DNA of 64,000 bases from Luminiphilus sp. (GCA_012270045.1 JAAXJC010000153.1:107655-171654), one strand, 5' to 3'. Positions 10,323-21,767 are shown, numbered from the stretch's first letter. Program-made: numbers and translations. Notes: generated from the letters alone by a model not told the origin.

Positions 10323-10580
10323 TTAGTACAGCGGTGTTTCGAAGCTGGCAGCGAGCTCTTCTTCGGCTTCGATCTCGGTCTCCCGGGCTATCAGCTCCGG
10401 AGTCACCATGCCTTCGGCAATCTCCCTGAGGGCGATGACAGTGGGCTTGTCGGACTCTTCCTCTACCAGGGGGTCCTTGCCCTGGGTTGCAATCTGGCGG
10501 GCCCGCTTGGCGGCCAGCATAACCAGCTCGAACCGGTTATCCACATTATCCAGGCAATCTTCTACCGTAATACGTGCCAT
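10323..10580 (-). CDS. rpoZ: RNA polymerase omega subunit
   Basis: [29 protein letters not shown] is the canonical RpoZ N-terminus. Confidence 0.95.
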   Translation of the reverse strand: MARITVEDCLDNVDNRFELVMLAAKRARQIATQGKDPLVEEESDKPTVIALREIAEGMVTPELIARETEIEAEEELAASFETPLY

Positions 10581-10675
10581 GTTTCCGTGTGTCTCCTGTT
10601 GTCGCCACCTGATGGTGACTCAGCACGACAGTATACCCCAGTGATGGGTGAAACGGACCACGGTAAAAATCCCCC

Positions 10676-11317
10676 TCAGGAAAGGGTCAGTGCCTCAAGG
10701 GTATCGGCCAGTTTGCGGGCCTGGTAGTCGAGGCCCAGGCGCAGGCTGTCTGTTATTGCGGTCAGGTCATCAAGGGCCTGTTCGAAGTTTTCGTTCAGCA
10801 CCAGAAAATCCGCTTCGCGCCAGTGGGCCATCTCACTGCGCGCCTCGGCCATGCGTTTTTCAATGGTTTGGGGCTGGTCCTGGCCCCTGGACATGAGCCG
10901 CTGTTCCAGTTCTGCAATGGAAGGGGGAAGAATAAAAATACTATGGCTTGCCCCCTCGGAGATTTTCACCTGCCTGGCGCCCTGCCAGTCGATTTCAAGA
11001 ATGACGTCGAAACCGGCATTGCGCCTGGAGGCCACTTCCGCCTTTGATGTGCCATAAAAGTGGCCGTACACCTCAGCCCATTCGAAAAATTTATCCTCGT
11101 CCCTGGCGACAATAAACTCTTCAGCGCTGACGAAGTGGTAATTGACGCCATCCTCCTCTCCCGGGCGAATCGGCCGGGTCGTATGGGATACGGTGACACT
11201 GAGGCTGGGCCTGCGCTCTATCAGCGCCTTCACCAGTGACGTCTTACCCGCGCCACTTGGGGCTGATATCGTCAACAGGTTTCCGGTGGCAGGATGTTGT
11301 GTTTGGTTGGCGCTCAC
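10676..11317 (-). CDS. gmk: Guanylate kinase
   Basis: P-loop SAPSGAGKTSL, TTRPIRPGEEDGVNYHF, and gmk-rpoZ-spoT context. GTG start. Confidence 0.9.
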   Translation of the reverse strand: MSANQTQHPATGNLLTISAPSGAGKTSLVKALIERRPSLSVTVSHTTRPIRPGEEDGVNYHFVSAEEFIVARDEDKFFEWAEVYGHFYGTSKAEVASRRNAGFDVILEIDWQGARQVKISEGASHSIFILPPSIAELEQRLMSRGQDQPQTIEKRMAEARSEMAHWREADFLVLNENFEQALDDLTAITDSLRLGLDYQARKLADTLEALTLS

Positions 11318-11320
11318 CGA

Positions 11321-12172
11321 TCACTCCAAATTCTGGATTTGCTCACGCATTTGCTCGATCAACACCTTGAATTCCACCGCTGTTTCGGTGGTGGTTATTG
11401 ACGATGATTTCGATGCCAGGGTGTTGGCCTCGCGGTTGAGTTCCTGCATCAGGAAGTCCAGCCTTCTGCCACAGGGCGCCTTACCGTCCAGTGCGGCGGA
11501 GATCGCCTGAAGGTGGGTTTCAAGCCGGTCCAACTCCTCATCCACATCAGACTTCTGGGCACTGTACACCAGCTCTTCCTCCAGTCGTTTGCCGTCCGGC
11601 TCGTGCTGAAGTTGTGCCAGCCGGTCCAGAATCCGCTGCCGCTGGGCGGTTTGCAACTCGGGCAGGATGGCCTTGAAGTTGGCCAGGTGCCCCCTGAAAT
11701 CTTCGGCGCGGCTGCGCACCATCTGCGCCAGTTTCAGCCCTTCCTCTTGGCGTCGGGTGCGAAGCTCCCGTAATGCGGCGGTCATAGACTCGTTGGCCGC
11801 ATTGACCCAGGCAGATTCCTCGGCCTGCGCCGCGCCCAGCACTCCCGGCGCCATCAATAATGCCAACTGGTCTGGGCTGCTTGCCCCGGGGAAGTCCTCG
11901 GCGACTGCCTCCAACGCTGAGCGCAAGGCGACGAGACGATCCCGATCGATGCGCAGGGGAGCATCGGTATCCTGCACATCCACCTTGACGCCGACATCGA
12001 TCTTGCCTCGGGAGAAGTATTTGGCGATGTCTTCCCGCCAACGAGGCTCCTGTGACCGCAGTATATCGGGAACGCGGAACTGGACGTCGAGGTAGCGGTT
12101 GTTGACCGATCTTATTTCCACTGTGACCGCTATCGTGTCTGTTGCTACACTGCCACGAGCGAAGCCCGTCAT
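11321..12172 (-). CDS. yicC: YicC-family stress-induced protein
   Basis: MTGFARG...[11 protein letters not shown] at the N-terminus and EELDRL...[10 protein letters not shown] at the C-terminus are YicC hallmarks. I moved the start to ATG 12172. Confidence 0.85.
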   Translation of the reverse strand: MTGFARGSVATDTIAVTVEIRSVNNRYLDVQFRVPDILRSQEPRWREDIAKYFSRGKIDVGVKVDVQDTDAPLRIDRDRLVALRSALEAVAEDFPGASSPDQLALLMAPGVLGAAQAEESAWVNAANESMTAALRELRTRRQEEGLKLAQMVRSRAEDFRGHLANFKAILPELQTAQRQRILDRLAQLQHEPDGKRLEEELVYSAQKSDVDEELDRLETHLQAISAALDGKAPCGRRLDFLMQELNREANTLASKSSSITTTETAVEFKVLIEQMREQIQNLE

Positions 12173-12301
12173 GCTCTGTGTCACCTTGTTTCCCCGTCGC
12201 TTTACCAGAAACACCACAAAGTATTGCCGGTAGGGAGTCTACCAGTTATGCCGCCGATCGCATGTTTCGGCTGCCCTCGCGATCACATGGAGGAGAATCT
12301 C

Positions 12302-13033
12302 ATGTCGGCGACTACAGTCCGGCCCAGCGGCAGAACGTTCGATGAAATGCGGGACATAAGTTTTGAGCGGCACTACACCTGCCATGCCGAGGGGTCGGTA
12401 CTGGTTTCATTTGGCCAGACCCGGGTGCTTTGTACAGCCTCAATCGCCCCCGGCGTGCCCGGTTTTTTGCGCGGCAAGGGCCAGGGCTGGCTTACCGCGG
12501 AATACGGCATGTTGCCGCGTTCCACTGGCAGCCGTATGAGTCGAGAGGCGAGCAGGGGTAAACAGTCCGGCCGTACGGTAGAAATACAGCGACTGATCGG
12601 CCGCTCCCTTCGGGCTGCACTTGATCTTTCTGCCCTGGGCGAAAATACGCTGACCATCGATTGTGATGTCCTGCAGGCAGACGGTGGCACGCGAACGGCC
12701 GCAATTTCAGGGGCCTGTGTGGCGGTGGTTGATGCACTCAACACCCTACAGCGGGCCCAAACCCTCCAGGCCGACCCTCTGCATTACCTGGTTTCAGCGG
12801 TGTCGGTGGGGGTTTGGCAGGGCCAGCCGGTTCTGGACCTGGACTACGCCGAGGATTCCACCGCCGACACGGACATGAATGTTGTGATGACCGATGGTGG
12901 CGGGCTGATTGAGGTGCAGGGTACCGCTGAGGGTGCCACCTTCAGTCGGGATACCCTGAACGGAATGTTGGATCTGGCGTTGGCCGGGGGTCAGGCAATC
13001 ACAGCGAAGCAGCGCGAGGCGCTGTCGGTTTAA
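12302..13033 (+). CDS. rph: Ribonuclease PH
   Basis: RPSGR...MRDISFE...[14 protein letters not shown]...[12 protein letters not shown]...[11 protein letters not shown] is typical RNase PH. ATG 12302 is preceded by GGAGGAG. Confidence 0.9.
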   Translation: MSATTVRPSGRTFDEMRDISFERHYTCHAEGSVLVSFGQTRVLCTASIAPGVPGFLRGKGQGWLTAEYGMLPRSTGSRMSREASRGKQSGRTVEIQRLIGRSLRAALDLSALGENTLTIDCDVLQADGGTRTAAISGACVAVVDALNTLQRAQTLQADPLHYLVSAVSVGVWQGQPVLDLDYAEDSTADTDMNVVMTDGGGLIEVQGTAEGATFSRDTLNGMLDLALAGGQAITAKQREALSV

Positions 13034-13791
13034 AGGTCCAGGTCGTAGTCAATAACGATCGGAGCATGGTTCGAAAATGCTTCGGCGTCATTGATTTCTG
13101 CGCGGTCAATGCGACTGTCCAGGGATACGGAAACGATCTGCGTATCAGTTCGAAGTCCTCCCGCATCATCGCCATCGGGCCACCAGGTAAAGGCGTCGGG
13201 TTCAGGATTCACTGCCCTGAACGCGTCGCAGTAGCCGTTGGCATAAACCGACTGTAGCCAGCCCTGTTCAATGTCTGAAAACCCGGGAATATCGACCCGG
13301 TTGCCCGCTTCTTCGGCATCGATCGCGTTGGCAAGGAGTTCCCAGCCGCCACAAATTATGAAATCCCTGCGCTTGTTCCTGACTTTTTGCAGGTGCTGGC
13401 TCAGCAGTTCCATGAATTTGAATTTGCTGTTCATGGCCGCTTCACCGTCGCGTCCGCTGGGCATCAACAGTGAGCCAATGCTGACGTTGTTGTAATCGGC
13501 CTGCAGGTACAGGCCTTTGCCGTCGAAGTCCGCAAACCCCAGCCCGGACATCATGGCCTTTGGTAGCTGCTTACAGTAGATGGCGACACCATTCTGGGTG
13601 GGATTTTCAAAGTCGTCGAGAAAGTAGGCGTTGTAGGCCTCCGGAAAAAATACATCGTCCTTCAGGGAGTATTCGGAGCACCGGGTATCCTGCAGGCATA
13701 TGACGTCGGCATCTACTTCATGAAGCCACTCGAACAGACCCCCTTGCTGAGCCTGCTCAAGCCCTTCCACCACCAAACTGACGACTTTCAT
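13030..13791 (-). CDS. crc: Catabolite repression control protein Crc (nuclease-dead exonuclease III/EEP fold)
   Basis: EEP-fold protein between rph and pyrE, the Pseudomonas crc position. It carries Crc-like segments [11 protein letters not shown] and SKFKFM. ExoIII catalytic motifs are degenerate (NxNG to VVEG, GDxN to GGWE, SDH to SNH). Start at ATG 13791. Confidence 0.75.
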   Translation of the reverse strand: MKVVSLVVEGLEQAQQGGLFEWLHEVDADVICLQDTRCSEYSLKDDVFFPEAYNAYFLDDFENPTQNGVAIYCKQLPKAMMSGLGFADFDGKGLYLQADYNNVSIGSLLMPSGRDGEAAMNSKFKFMELLSQHLQKVRNKRRDFIICGGWELLANAIDAEEAGNRVDIPGFSDIEQGWLQSVYANGYCDAFRAVNPEPDAFTWWPDGDDAGGLRTDTQIVSVSLDSRIDRAEINDAEAFSNHAPIVIDYDLDL

Positions 13792-13901
13792 TGCTAGTCC
13801 TGTCTTGTTCAGGCCAGTATCATAGGGTAAGGGTGCCCCAGTCGCCATCAAAGCATCCCGGAAATTTACTGTGCTGCATAACGAAAATTCGAAGCATTAA
13901 C

Positions 13902-14558
13902 ATGACAGAAGACATGCGCGAGCAAACCAGACGGTTGTTCATTGAGTTGGCCATTCGCTGTCATGTGCTGCGTTTCGGTGAGTTTGAGCTGAAATCGGGT
14001 CGCATCAGCCCCTACTTTTTTAACGCGGGAGGCTTCTCGGGTGGCCGTGCCCTGGCCACTCTCGGTGCCTGCTACGCCGATACCCTGGTCGCTGCAGGCA
14101 TGGTGCCTTCGGTGCTGTTTGGCCCGGCCTACAAGGGCATACCCCTGGTGGCCGCCACTACCATCGCCCTGTCTGACCACCACGGTCAGGATGTGCCCTA
14201 CAGCTTTAACCGCAAAGAGCAAAAGACCCACGGCGAGGGCGGTCAACTGGTCGGTGCACCGTTGCAGGGGGATGTCATCATCGTTGATGACGTCATCACC
14301 GCGGGCACCGCGGTCAGGGAGGCGGTTGACATTATTGCCACCGCCGGAGCAACCCCCACAGGCATCGTCATCGGTCTGGATCGATGCGAGCGCGGCAGCG
14401 GCTCCAGCTCGGCGATCGACGAAGTCCGCCGGGACTTGGGCTTGCAGGTGGCCAGCGTGATTACCATGCACGACATAATTGCCTGGCTTGAGTCGGAGCA
14501 TGATCTGCGCCAACATCTGGAGCCTATGCTGCGATATCGGGATCGATATGGGGTCTAA
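13902..14558 (+). CDS. pyrE: Orotate phosphoribosyltransferase
   Basis: FGEFELKSGRISPYFFN and the PRPP motif VIIVDDVITAGTAVRE. Start at ATG 13902. Confidence 0.9.
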   Translation: MTEDMREQTRRLFIELAIRCHVLRFGEFELKSGRISPYFFNAGGFSGGRALATLGACYADTLVAAGMVPSVLFGPAYKGIPLVAATTIALSDHHGQDVPYSFNRKEQKTHGEGGQLVGAPLQGDVIIVDDVITAGTAVREAVDIIATAGATPTGIVIGLDRCERGSGSSSAIDEVRRDLGLQVASVITMHDIIAWLESEHDLRQHLEPMLRYRDRYGV

Positions 14559-15198
14559 GCTCCACAATCTGGCAGTGATGGCCGCGTTGAGCGTGGCTGC
14601 GGCCGATGCCGGCGCCCAAAACCTGTACCGCTATCGCGCCGATAACGGCGTGATGGTGGTCGATTTCAGGGTCCCGGTTGAATACGCTGACAACGGCTAT
14701 GAGGTGCTGGACGAGAATGGCACGGTGGTGGATGTGGTGCCCCGGGCGCTCACGCCAGAGGAGCGTGCCAATGTGGCGTTAGCCCGTGAACTGGAAGAGA
14801 GCGCCAGAGCCGAGCAACAGCGGTTGCAAAAATGGGATGAATCGTTGCTGCTTCGCTACTCAACCATTGAAGATATTGAGGACGCCCGGGATCGCTCCCT
14901 GAGCGATTTGAAAATCAGGGTATCTATCCTTAAATCGAATCGTCGCAGCCTGCGTCAGCAGGTGGAAAATGCCCAGGCCAGGGTCGCTGCCAGCGAGCGT
15001 GCCGGGGCCAAACCGCTGCAGGCAGATCTGGACAACATCACGGTATTGAAGGGTGAGATTGAAAGTACTGAGGCGCAGATTGAGTCCCGCCAGACACAGA
15101 TCGCCGCAATGACCGACAGCTACCAGCGAGATATTGATCGATTCCGGCAGCTGCAGGATGTTGTTGACCTGCGCCACCGCTTGGAGACGCCCCAGTAG
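14548..15198 (+). CDS. Secreted coiled-coil protein, DUF4124-like N-terminus
   Basis: Signal peptide (MGSKLHNLAVMAALSVAAADAGAQ), then LYRYRADNGVMVVDFRVP (DUF4124-like), then a long heptad-like Q/E/R-rich region. Its start overlaps the pyrE stop by 11 nt. Confidence 0.55.
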   Translation: MGSKLHNLAVMAALSVAAADAGAQNLYRYRADNGVMVVDFRVPVEYADNGYEVLDENGTVVDVVPRALTPEERANVALARELEESARAEQQRLQKWDESLLLRYSTIEDIEDARDRSLSDLKIRVSILKSNRRSLRQQVENAQARVAASERAGAKPLQADLDNITVLKGEIESTEAQIESRQTQIAAMTDSYQRDIDRFRQLQDVVDLRHRLETPQ

Positions 15199-15202
15199 TC
15201 GT

Positions 15203-15802
15203 TCAGGTCTGAACCGAGCGCATCAGTTCCGCGGTCAACAGAGACCATTGTTGCTCCCAGCCCTGGGTGGGAGAGCGCTTGAACCCACTGCGCACAAACT
15301 GCGCGATACGCCCTTCCGCTGCTGCCAGCAGCAGGCCTGCAGCATCTGCCAGCAAAATGTTCGGCCGCAGCCGTTCCTTCATTTCAGCTTCGCGCAGGAC
15401 GGTGCGCAACTGGGTTTCAATTCGGTCGAAAAGTTGCGCCACGCGCAGGTGCAGCCGTTCGGATTCCCCGAGCAGCGCATCGCCGTGAAGAATCCTGGTA
15501 ATGCCCGGGTTGCGCTCGCAGAACCCCAGCAGCAACAGCAGAATTTTGTTGCAGGCGTCCACCGCGCCCTGGGCATCTTCGTGAATGCGCGCAATTCTGG
15601 AGAACAGCGTGTCTTCCACAAATTCAATCAGCGCTTCGAACATTTTTGTTTTTGACGGGAAGTGCCGGTAGAGGGCGGCCTCTGATACGCCGACTTCCTT
15701 CGCGAGACGGGCGGTCGTGATCCTGGTATCGGGACCCTGTTCCAGCATGGCGGCGAGGGCTTGCAGGATTTGATCCCGGCGCCCTGATTTAGAATTTGGC
15801 AT
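15203..15802 (-). CDS. slmA: Nucleoid occlusion factor SlmA (TetR family)
   Basis: RITTARLAKEVGVSEAALYRHFPSKTKMFEALIEFVEDTLFSRI and LLLLLGFCERNPGITRIL closely track my recollection of E. coli SlmA. It lies next to pyrE, as in enterics. Start at ATG 15802. Confidence 0.8.
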   Translation of the reverse strand: MPNSKSGRRDQILQALAAMLEQGPDTRITTARLAKEVGVSEAALYRHFPSKTKMFEALIEFVEDTLFSRIARIHEDAQGAVDACNKILLLLLGFCERNPGITRILHGDALLGESERLHLRVAQLFDRIETQLRTVLREAEMKERLRPNILLADAAGLLLAAAEGRIAQFVRSGFKRSPTQGWEQQWSLLTAELMRSVQT

Positions 15803-15894
15803 GACTGAGTGGTCCCGCAGTGACATGGCCATGCTAGCTACAGATCGTGGCCAGCGCAATTTAATCTGGACGTTTCAATGCTTACCCAGAAGTG

Positions 15895-16785
<891 letters not shown>

Positions 16786-16828
16786 TTACTCTGGTTATTT
16801 TGGCCTGACCGGCTAGGGCCTCATCATA

Positions 16829-19294
16829 TCAAAACGATAATTCTATGCTTTCCCCGGCATCCATGATGGCCTTTTTGAGCACGCCCTTGACCCGCTCAAG
16901 GCTGGCATCATCGTTACCTTCAAAGCGCAATGTCAGTGCTGATTCAGTCGGTGATTGGCGCACCACGCCCCAGCCATCGGCATAGTCCACCCGCAGACCA
17001 TCCAGGGTGGTAATGCGTGCTCCAGGGAAGTCGGCGTTGGTTACCAGTGCTCGCATCACCCTCTTCCGCAGTTTGGGGTCCAGGGGGATGGTAATTTCCG
17101 GTGTGGCTGTCGAGCTTGGCAGCGCAGCAACGATCTCACCGAAGCTGGAGCTGGCAGCCGCAAGGATTTCCAGCAGGCGGGCGGTCGCATAGATGGCGTC
17201 ATCAAAACCGTACCAGCGCTCTGCGAAAAACATATGACCTGAAAAATCTCCGGCCAGCATCGCGTTCGCCTGCCGCATCTTTTCATGCACGAATGCCTGG
17301 CCTGAGCGGGACATCTGTGCGCGCCCGCCCGCCCGAGTGATGAAGGGCGCGAACTGTCGTGTACAGGCAATATCGTAGACCACGTCGGCTCCCGGGTTTC
17401 GGTCCAGCATGTCCCGGGCAAACAACATCAGCAATTTGTCATTGTTAACCGGCTCTCCGGTCTCGGTAACCGTGTGCAGGCGATCTCCGTCGGCATCGAA
17501 CAATATGCCGAGGTCAGCGCCTTCTGCGCGTACCTTTTTGCCCAGAGCTTCAAGAGCGGCAGCCAGGGTGAGGTTATCAGGCCGGGGGCCCTCTTCAGGT
17601 GTATTGAGACTGACCAGGTCGCAGTCCAGGGCCTCCAACAGCTGTGGGGTAATCCTGGCTGCTGTGCCGTAGTCGTTGTCTACGACCACTTTCAGAGGCA
17701 GAGCCAGGGAAATATCCATAGCGATGCGATCGACATAGTCTGATTCAACCCGCAGCCGCACGGTTCTGCCGGCACCCTGGGTGGATTTGCGCTCCCGAAC
17801 ATTGGTGAGGACCTCATCGATTTCAACGCCCGAAACAAGCTTGCGTTTAAGCACAATCTTGAGGCCGTTCATGTGCTCGCCCCCGTGACCACCGGTGATC
17901 ATCACGCCAGAGTCGGCATCGGTCTCGTGGGTGGCGTAATAAAATGCCGGTGTCGGGATTTCCCCCACATCAATCACATCGCGGCCACTGGCAAGCAGTG
18001 CCTTCACCAGCGTAGTGCGGAGTTTTTTGCTGCTCCCACGGGCGTCGTGTGCCACCACCAGCGCCTGAATCCCGCGCTCGCCACACATGACGGCAATGGC
18101 CTGTCCTATGCGTTCAATCAACTCATCGGTCAGTTCGGTTCGCACGTCCCCGCGGATACTTGCCGGCCTGAAGATGTGGTCCGGAAAATCATCGTTGGCT
18201 GTGACCGCGGCCTGTGTCTTTTTATCCGGTGAACTGTCCTCATGGGGGGTGGGTTCCGGCGTCGGCGGTGGTGCTTCAACGGTTTGGGCTTCGCTAACGG
18301 CGGCGCTTTCTCGCGTCGCTTCACGCCTCGCCTGGGAAACGGTCTGTCGGCGACTGACCAGGCTGAGTTGGCGCAGCATTTTTGCCAACGGCAGAAGTGC
18401 AGGCACAGAGATCGCGAGGTTACTGCGCAGCTCGGCAGTTTCCAAAATCTCCTTGACCTCCTGCTCCAGAATCTTTTCTGATCGAACAGCCAGCATGTAA
18501 AGTGCAAGTACTATCCCACCAAGCACCATCCCGATTAACAGCGCCAGATCCCACCATCCAGGCTGGGCCCTGGAGAGCCACGTTGCGCTGGGAGAAAAGT
18601 CCAGCCGCCAGGGAGTGTTGGTGATCTGGGCGCTGGCAATGGAGTCGGAGGACAGCCGGCCGGCTACCGTCACACCACTCATACCCGGCAGCTCCTGGGT
18701 GACCTGGTATTGGCCCTCGCTTCCCGCCACTACCAATTCCTCTATGCGGGAATTACCCACCTCGATAACAATGACGCCCGAAACCGGGTTTCCGAGACCC
18801 CTGGCGAACAGGGTATAGGCCTTTTCCTCCGTCAGGATTGACTCTGGCTCGGGGTTTTCGCCACCGAAGGCACGGCGCACTACGTCGATATCAATGTGAG
18901 TTCTCAGACCGTGGTCCCCTGGGCTCATATTGACAGTACCCAGGTCATCCAGTGGGATGAAGGTCACGGCATCCGCATCGGGAAAGCCCAGGGATGCCGG
19001 GTCCATGTCCCGGGCCAGGGACTGTCCTGCAAGTTCGTCGGCCACGAGGTCGACCCGCTTTTCAAGGTCGTTGATGTAGAGGCTCAGCATCGAAGCCCGG
19101 CCGTCAACCGCAGCCTGTGCCAGTTGCGCCAGGCTGTTGGCCTGTGCAAGGGGCTCCCGTATCAAACCCAACCATACGAAGGCCAACACCGCGGGTACCA
19201 GTGCCACGGCAGCAGCCTGCATTAAAAGGCTGCGCAGAAGATTGCCCTGGCTGGTGATTTCACCCTCTTTTTGGCTTTTTTGTTCAGCACTCAA
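16829..19294 (-). CDS. Membrane-anchored phosphomannomutase/phosphoglucomutase (AlgC)-like protein with degenerate phosphoserine loop (probable pseudoenzyme)
   Basis: The C-terminal ~450 aa are colinear with PMM/PGM (FDADGDR, GDFSGH, GWGVVRQSPTES), but the active-site loop reads ITGGHGGEHMNGLK instead of TGSHNPPDYNGFK. The N-terminal ~370 aa consist of TM, a ~200-aa domain, a second TM and a Pro-rich linker. TTG start at 19294 overlaps the coaBC stop (alternative ATG 19222). Confidence 0.8.
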   Translation of the reverse strand: MSAEQKSQKEGEITSQGNLLRSLLMQAAAVALVPAVLAFVWLGLIREPLAQANSLAQLAQAAVDGRASMLSLYINDLEKRVDLVADELAGQSLARDMDPASLGFPDADAVTFIPLDDLGTVNMSPGDHGLRTHIDIDVVRRAFGGENPEPESILTEEKAYTLFARGLGNPVSGVIVIEVGNSRIEELVVAGSEGQYQVTQELPGMSGVTVAGRLSSDSIASAQITNTPWRLDFSPSATWLSRAQPGWWDLALLIGMVLGGIVLALYMLAVRSEKILEQEVKEILETAELRSNLAISVPALLPLAKMLRQLSLVSRRQTVSQARREATRESAAVSEAQTVEAPPPTPEPTPHEDSSPDKKTQAAVTANDDFPDHIFRPASIRGDVRTELTDELIERIGQAIAVMCGERGIQALVVAHDARGSSKKLRTTLVKALLASGRDVIDVGEIPTPAFYYATHETDADSGVMITGGHGGEHMNGLKIVLKRKLVSGVEIDEVLTNVRERKSTQGAGRTVRLRVESDYVDRIAMDISLALPLKVVVDNDYGTAARITPQLLEALDCDLVSLNTPEEGPRPDNLTLAAALEALGKKVRAEGADLGILFDADGDRLHTVTETGEPVNNDKLLMLFARDMLDRNPGADVVYDIACTRQFAPFITRAGGRAQMSRSGQAFVHEKMRQANAMLAGDFSGHMFFAERWYGFDDAIYATARLLEILAAASSSFGEIVAALPSSTATPEITIPLDPKLRKRVMRALVTNADFPGARITTLDGLRVDYADGWGVVRQSPTESALTLRFEGNDDASLERVKGVLKKAIMDAGESIELSF

Positions 19295-20547
19295 TGGCCA
19301 ATTCCCCCACTTTCGCGCCCAGTTTGGGGCAAATCATCATCTTCACCTTCCGCAAACAGCTGTGCACAGCGTGATACCAGTATTCTCGCCAAATTCTTCT
19401 TGCTGGTCATCGGGATAGACTCAGCCCCCGATCCGTCGATCCACGTTACGGCGTTTGAGTCACTGTCAAAACCAATATCCTTGCGGCTGACGTCATTGGC
19501 TACGATGACATCCAGGCCTTTGGCCTTCCTCTTGGCCTGGGCGTGGTCGACCATGTGCTCGGTCTCAGCGGCAAATCCGATGACCTTCACCGGCCTCGGT
19601 GACATGGTCGCCACGGCAGCAATAATGTCTGGATTGCGCACCAGTTCCAGCTGCAATGACTCGCCAGATTTTTTGATCTTTTGATTCGCGGCCACCACCG
19701 GACGGTAGTCCGCAACAGCGGCGCTGCCAATGAACAGATGGGAGGGTGTTGCCAGCTGCGCCAAGCAGGCCGCCAGCATTTCCTCGGCACTTTGCACATC
19801 CACTCGCCGCACGTTGGGTGGCGTGGCCAAGGTCACCGGGCCCGCTACAAGCACGGTATCAGCCCCGGCCTCGGCTGCGGCCTGGGCCAGCGCGAACCCC
19901 ATTTTTCCGGAGCTGTGGTTGGATACAAAGCGCACCGGATCAATGGCCTCCAAAGTAGGCCCGGCAGTAATTACCACTCTTTTCCCTGCTAACTCCCGTG
20001 AGGGGAAAAAGTCCTCCAGGGCTGCGCTCATTTCCTCTGGCTCGGCGAGTCGGCCTGCGCCGATATCGCCACAGGCCTGTGTGCCGTGTCCGGGGCCGAG
20101 AACGGTTATTCCACGTTCCTCGAGAATCCTCATATTGGCCTGGGTCGCGGTATTGCTCCACATTTGTTGGTTCATGGCCGGAGCGACGAACAGGGGCGCG
20201 GGTGTTGCCAGGGCGGTGGTGGTCAGCAGGTCGTCTGCCCTGCCCATGGCCAGGCGGGCCAGGGTGTCAGCGGTTGCGGGTGCAATCAGATAGGCGTCAG
20301 CCCAGCGGGCCAATTCGATATGACCCATGCCCATCTCAGCTGTCTCATCGAGCAGGTCGGTATGAACCGGGTTGCCGGATAGGGACTGCAGGGTCAGCGG
20401 CGTCATGAAGGCCTGCGCCCCCCGGGACATGATGACGCGGACGGCGGCACCCGACTTGCGAAGCAAGCGGATGGTCTCGGCGATTTTGTAGGCCGCAATG
20501 CCGCCCGTCACGCCAATGATGATATTGCGATTCTGAAGGTGTCCCAT
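19291..20547 (-). CDS. coaBC: Bifunctional phosphopantothenoylcysteine decarboxylase/synthetase
   Basis: Flavoprotein N-terminus [13 protein letters not shown] plus the CoaB domain ([11 protein letters not shown]). Confidence 0.9.
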   Translation of the reverse strand: MGHLQNRNIIIGVTGGIAAYKIAETIRLLRKSGAAVRVIMSRGAQAFMTPLTLQSLSGNPVHTDLLDETAEMGMGHIELARWADAYLIAPATADTLARLAMGRADDLLTTTALATPAPLFVAPAMNQQMWSNTATQANMRILEERGITVLGPGHGTQACGDIGAGRLAEPEEMSAALEDFFPSRELAGKRVVITAGPTLEAIDPVRFVSNHSSGKMGFALAQAAAEAGADTVLVAGPVTLATPPNVRRVDVQSAEEMLAACLAQLATPSHLFIGSAAVADYRPVVAANQKIKKSGESLQLELVRNPDIIAAVATMSPRPVKVIGFAAETEHMVDHAQAKRKAKGLDVIVANDVSRKDIGFDSDSNAVTWIDGSGAESIPMTSKKNLARILVSRCAQLFAEGEDDDLPQTGRESGGIGH

Positions 20548-20587
20548 TAGTCAGTGCTGGCCATGAGAATAGCGTAAACCCTAGCAT

Positions 20588-21280
20588 TTGGAGTGGTGTT
20601 TGGACACAGCCAGCAATGTGATGGCGGTAGCAGGAGGTGATCTCAATGATCTCGGAACGGACGCCGACCTGTTGGCCACTGCTTTTGGCCTACCTCCTGA
20701 CAGATCGATGGCCGGGCTCACGGCCCTGTTGGGGCGCCATCGCGGTTCGCTAACGCGGGCTGTCTCATCGCTTCTCGACGGGGAGGTGGTGCTCCCGGGG
20801 CTGGGGCCACGCCGCCGCCGTTGCCTGGTGGCGGCCCTGCAGCTGGCAACCCGTATGTCACAACAGAAAATTTCTGGCCGGGGTGCCCTTGAGCATCCCG
20901 CCAGCTGTAACACTTACCTGCAACATCATTACCGGCTGCAAACCCGGGAAGTGTTCACCTGCCTGTTCCTGAATAGCCGCCACCAGCTGCTCGACTGTCG
21001 CGACATGTTTTTCGGCACCTTGGACAGCGCAACGGTCTATCCCCGGGAGGTTGTAGCCACGGCCTTGCGTTTGGGAGCATCAGCGGTGATTGCCGCCCAC
21101 AATCACCCATCGGGTACCTTGACCCCCAGTGCTGCCGACCTGCGCCTGACCGAACGCTTGCGGTCGGCACTGGAGTTGTTGGACATGAGGCTTCTGGACC
21201 ATCTGGTGGTTGGACAGGGTGACTACCTTTCCATGGCATCAGAGGGTATTGCTGGCTTCCCGGGGGAGGTCTTGCGGTAA
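20588..21280 (+). CDS. radC: RadC-family JAB/MPN domain protein
   Basis: C-terminal JAB motif [23 protein letters not shown] and helix-hairpin-helix-like N-terminal half. The start is uncertain (TTG 20588 or ATG 20621). Confidence 0.8.
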   Translation: MEWCLDTASNVMAVAGGDLNDLGTDADLLATAFGLPPDRSMAGLTALLGRHRGSLTRAVSSLLDGEVVLPGLGPRRRRCLVAALQLATRMSQQKISGRGALEHPASCNTYLQHHYRLQTREVFTCLFLNSRHQLLDCRDMFFGTLDSATVYPREVVATALRLGASAVIAAHNHPSGTLTPSAADLRLTERLRSALELLDMRLLDHLVVGQGDYLSMASEGIAGFPGEVLR

Positions 21281-21338
21281 GCCCGGCGCTTTGGTATCTT
21301 GCGCACCCTTTTTTCTGTGTCCGATGGCGGGTTTACCC

Positions 21339-21575
21339 ATGTCTCGAGTCTGTCAGGTCACCGGCAAGCGCCCGGTGACCGGTAACAATGTGTCCCACGC
21401 GAAGAACCGAACCAAGCGAAGGTTCCTTCCCAATCTGCACAACCACCGTTTCTGGGTTGAGTCAGAGAAGCGTTTCGTATCCCTGCGCATTTCCCCCAAG
21501 GGTATGCGCATCATCGATAAGCGCGGTATTGATACCGTGCTGTCTGAGCTGCGCGCCCGCGGCGAAAAGATATAA
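21339..21575 (+). CDS. rpmB: 50S ribosomal protein L28
   Basis: [33 protein letters not shown] is canonical L28. Start at ATG 21339 within the longer track ORF. Confidence 0.95.
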   Translation: MSRVCQVTGKRPVTGNNVSHAKNRTKRRFLPNLHNHRFWVESEKRFVSLRISPKGMRIIDKRGIDTVLSELRARGEKI

Positions 21576-21586
21576 GGAGCAGTGTC

Positions 21587-21742
21587 ATGCGCGAAAAGAT
21601 CCGAATGAATTCCACCGCAGGCACCGGCCACTTCTACACCACCGACAAGAACAAACGCACCATGCCGGAAAAGCTGGAAATGAAGAAGTTTGATCCGGTG
21701 GCCCGCAAGCACGTGATCTATAAAGAGGGCAAGATCAAGTAA
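21587..21742 (+). CDS. rpmG: 50S ribosomal protein L33
   Basis: Below the track's size cutoff. My translation is [51 protein letters not shown] (51 aa). SD GGAG lies upstream, directly after rpmB. Confidence 0.9.
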   Translation: MREKIRMNSTAGTGHFYTTDKNKRTMPEKLEMKKFDPVARKHVIYKEGKIK

Positions 21743-21767
21743 GATCTGCGGGTGCTGACGCACAACA

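Noticed and set aside
10537-10545. Perfect DnaA box TTATCCACA
   Set aside because: It is a single copy inside the rpoZ coding sequence. One 9-mer in about 128 kb of two-strand sequence is expected by chance. There is no cluster, AT-rich DUE or replication-gene context.
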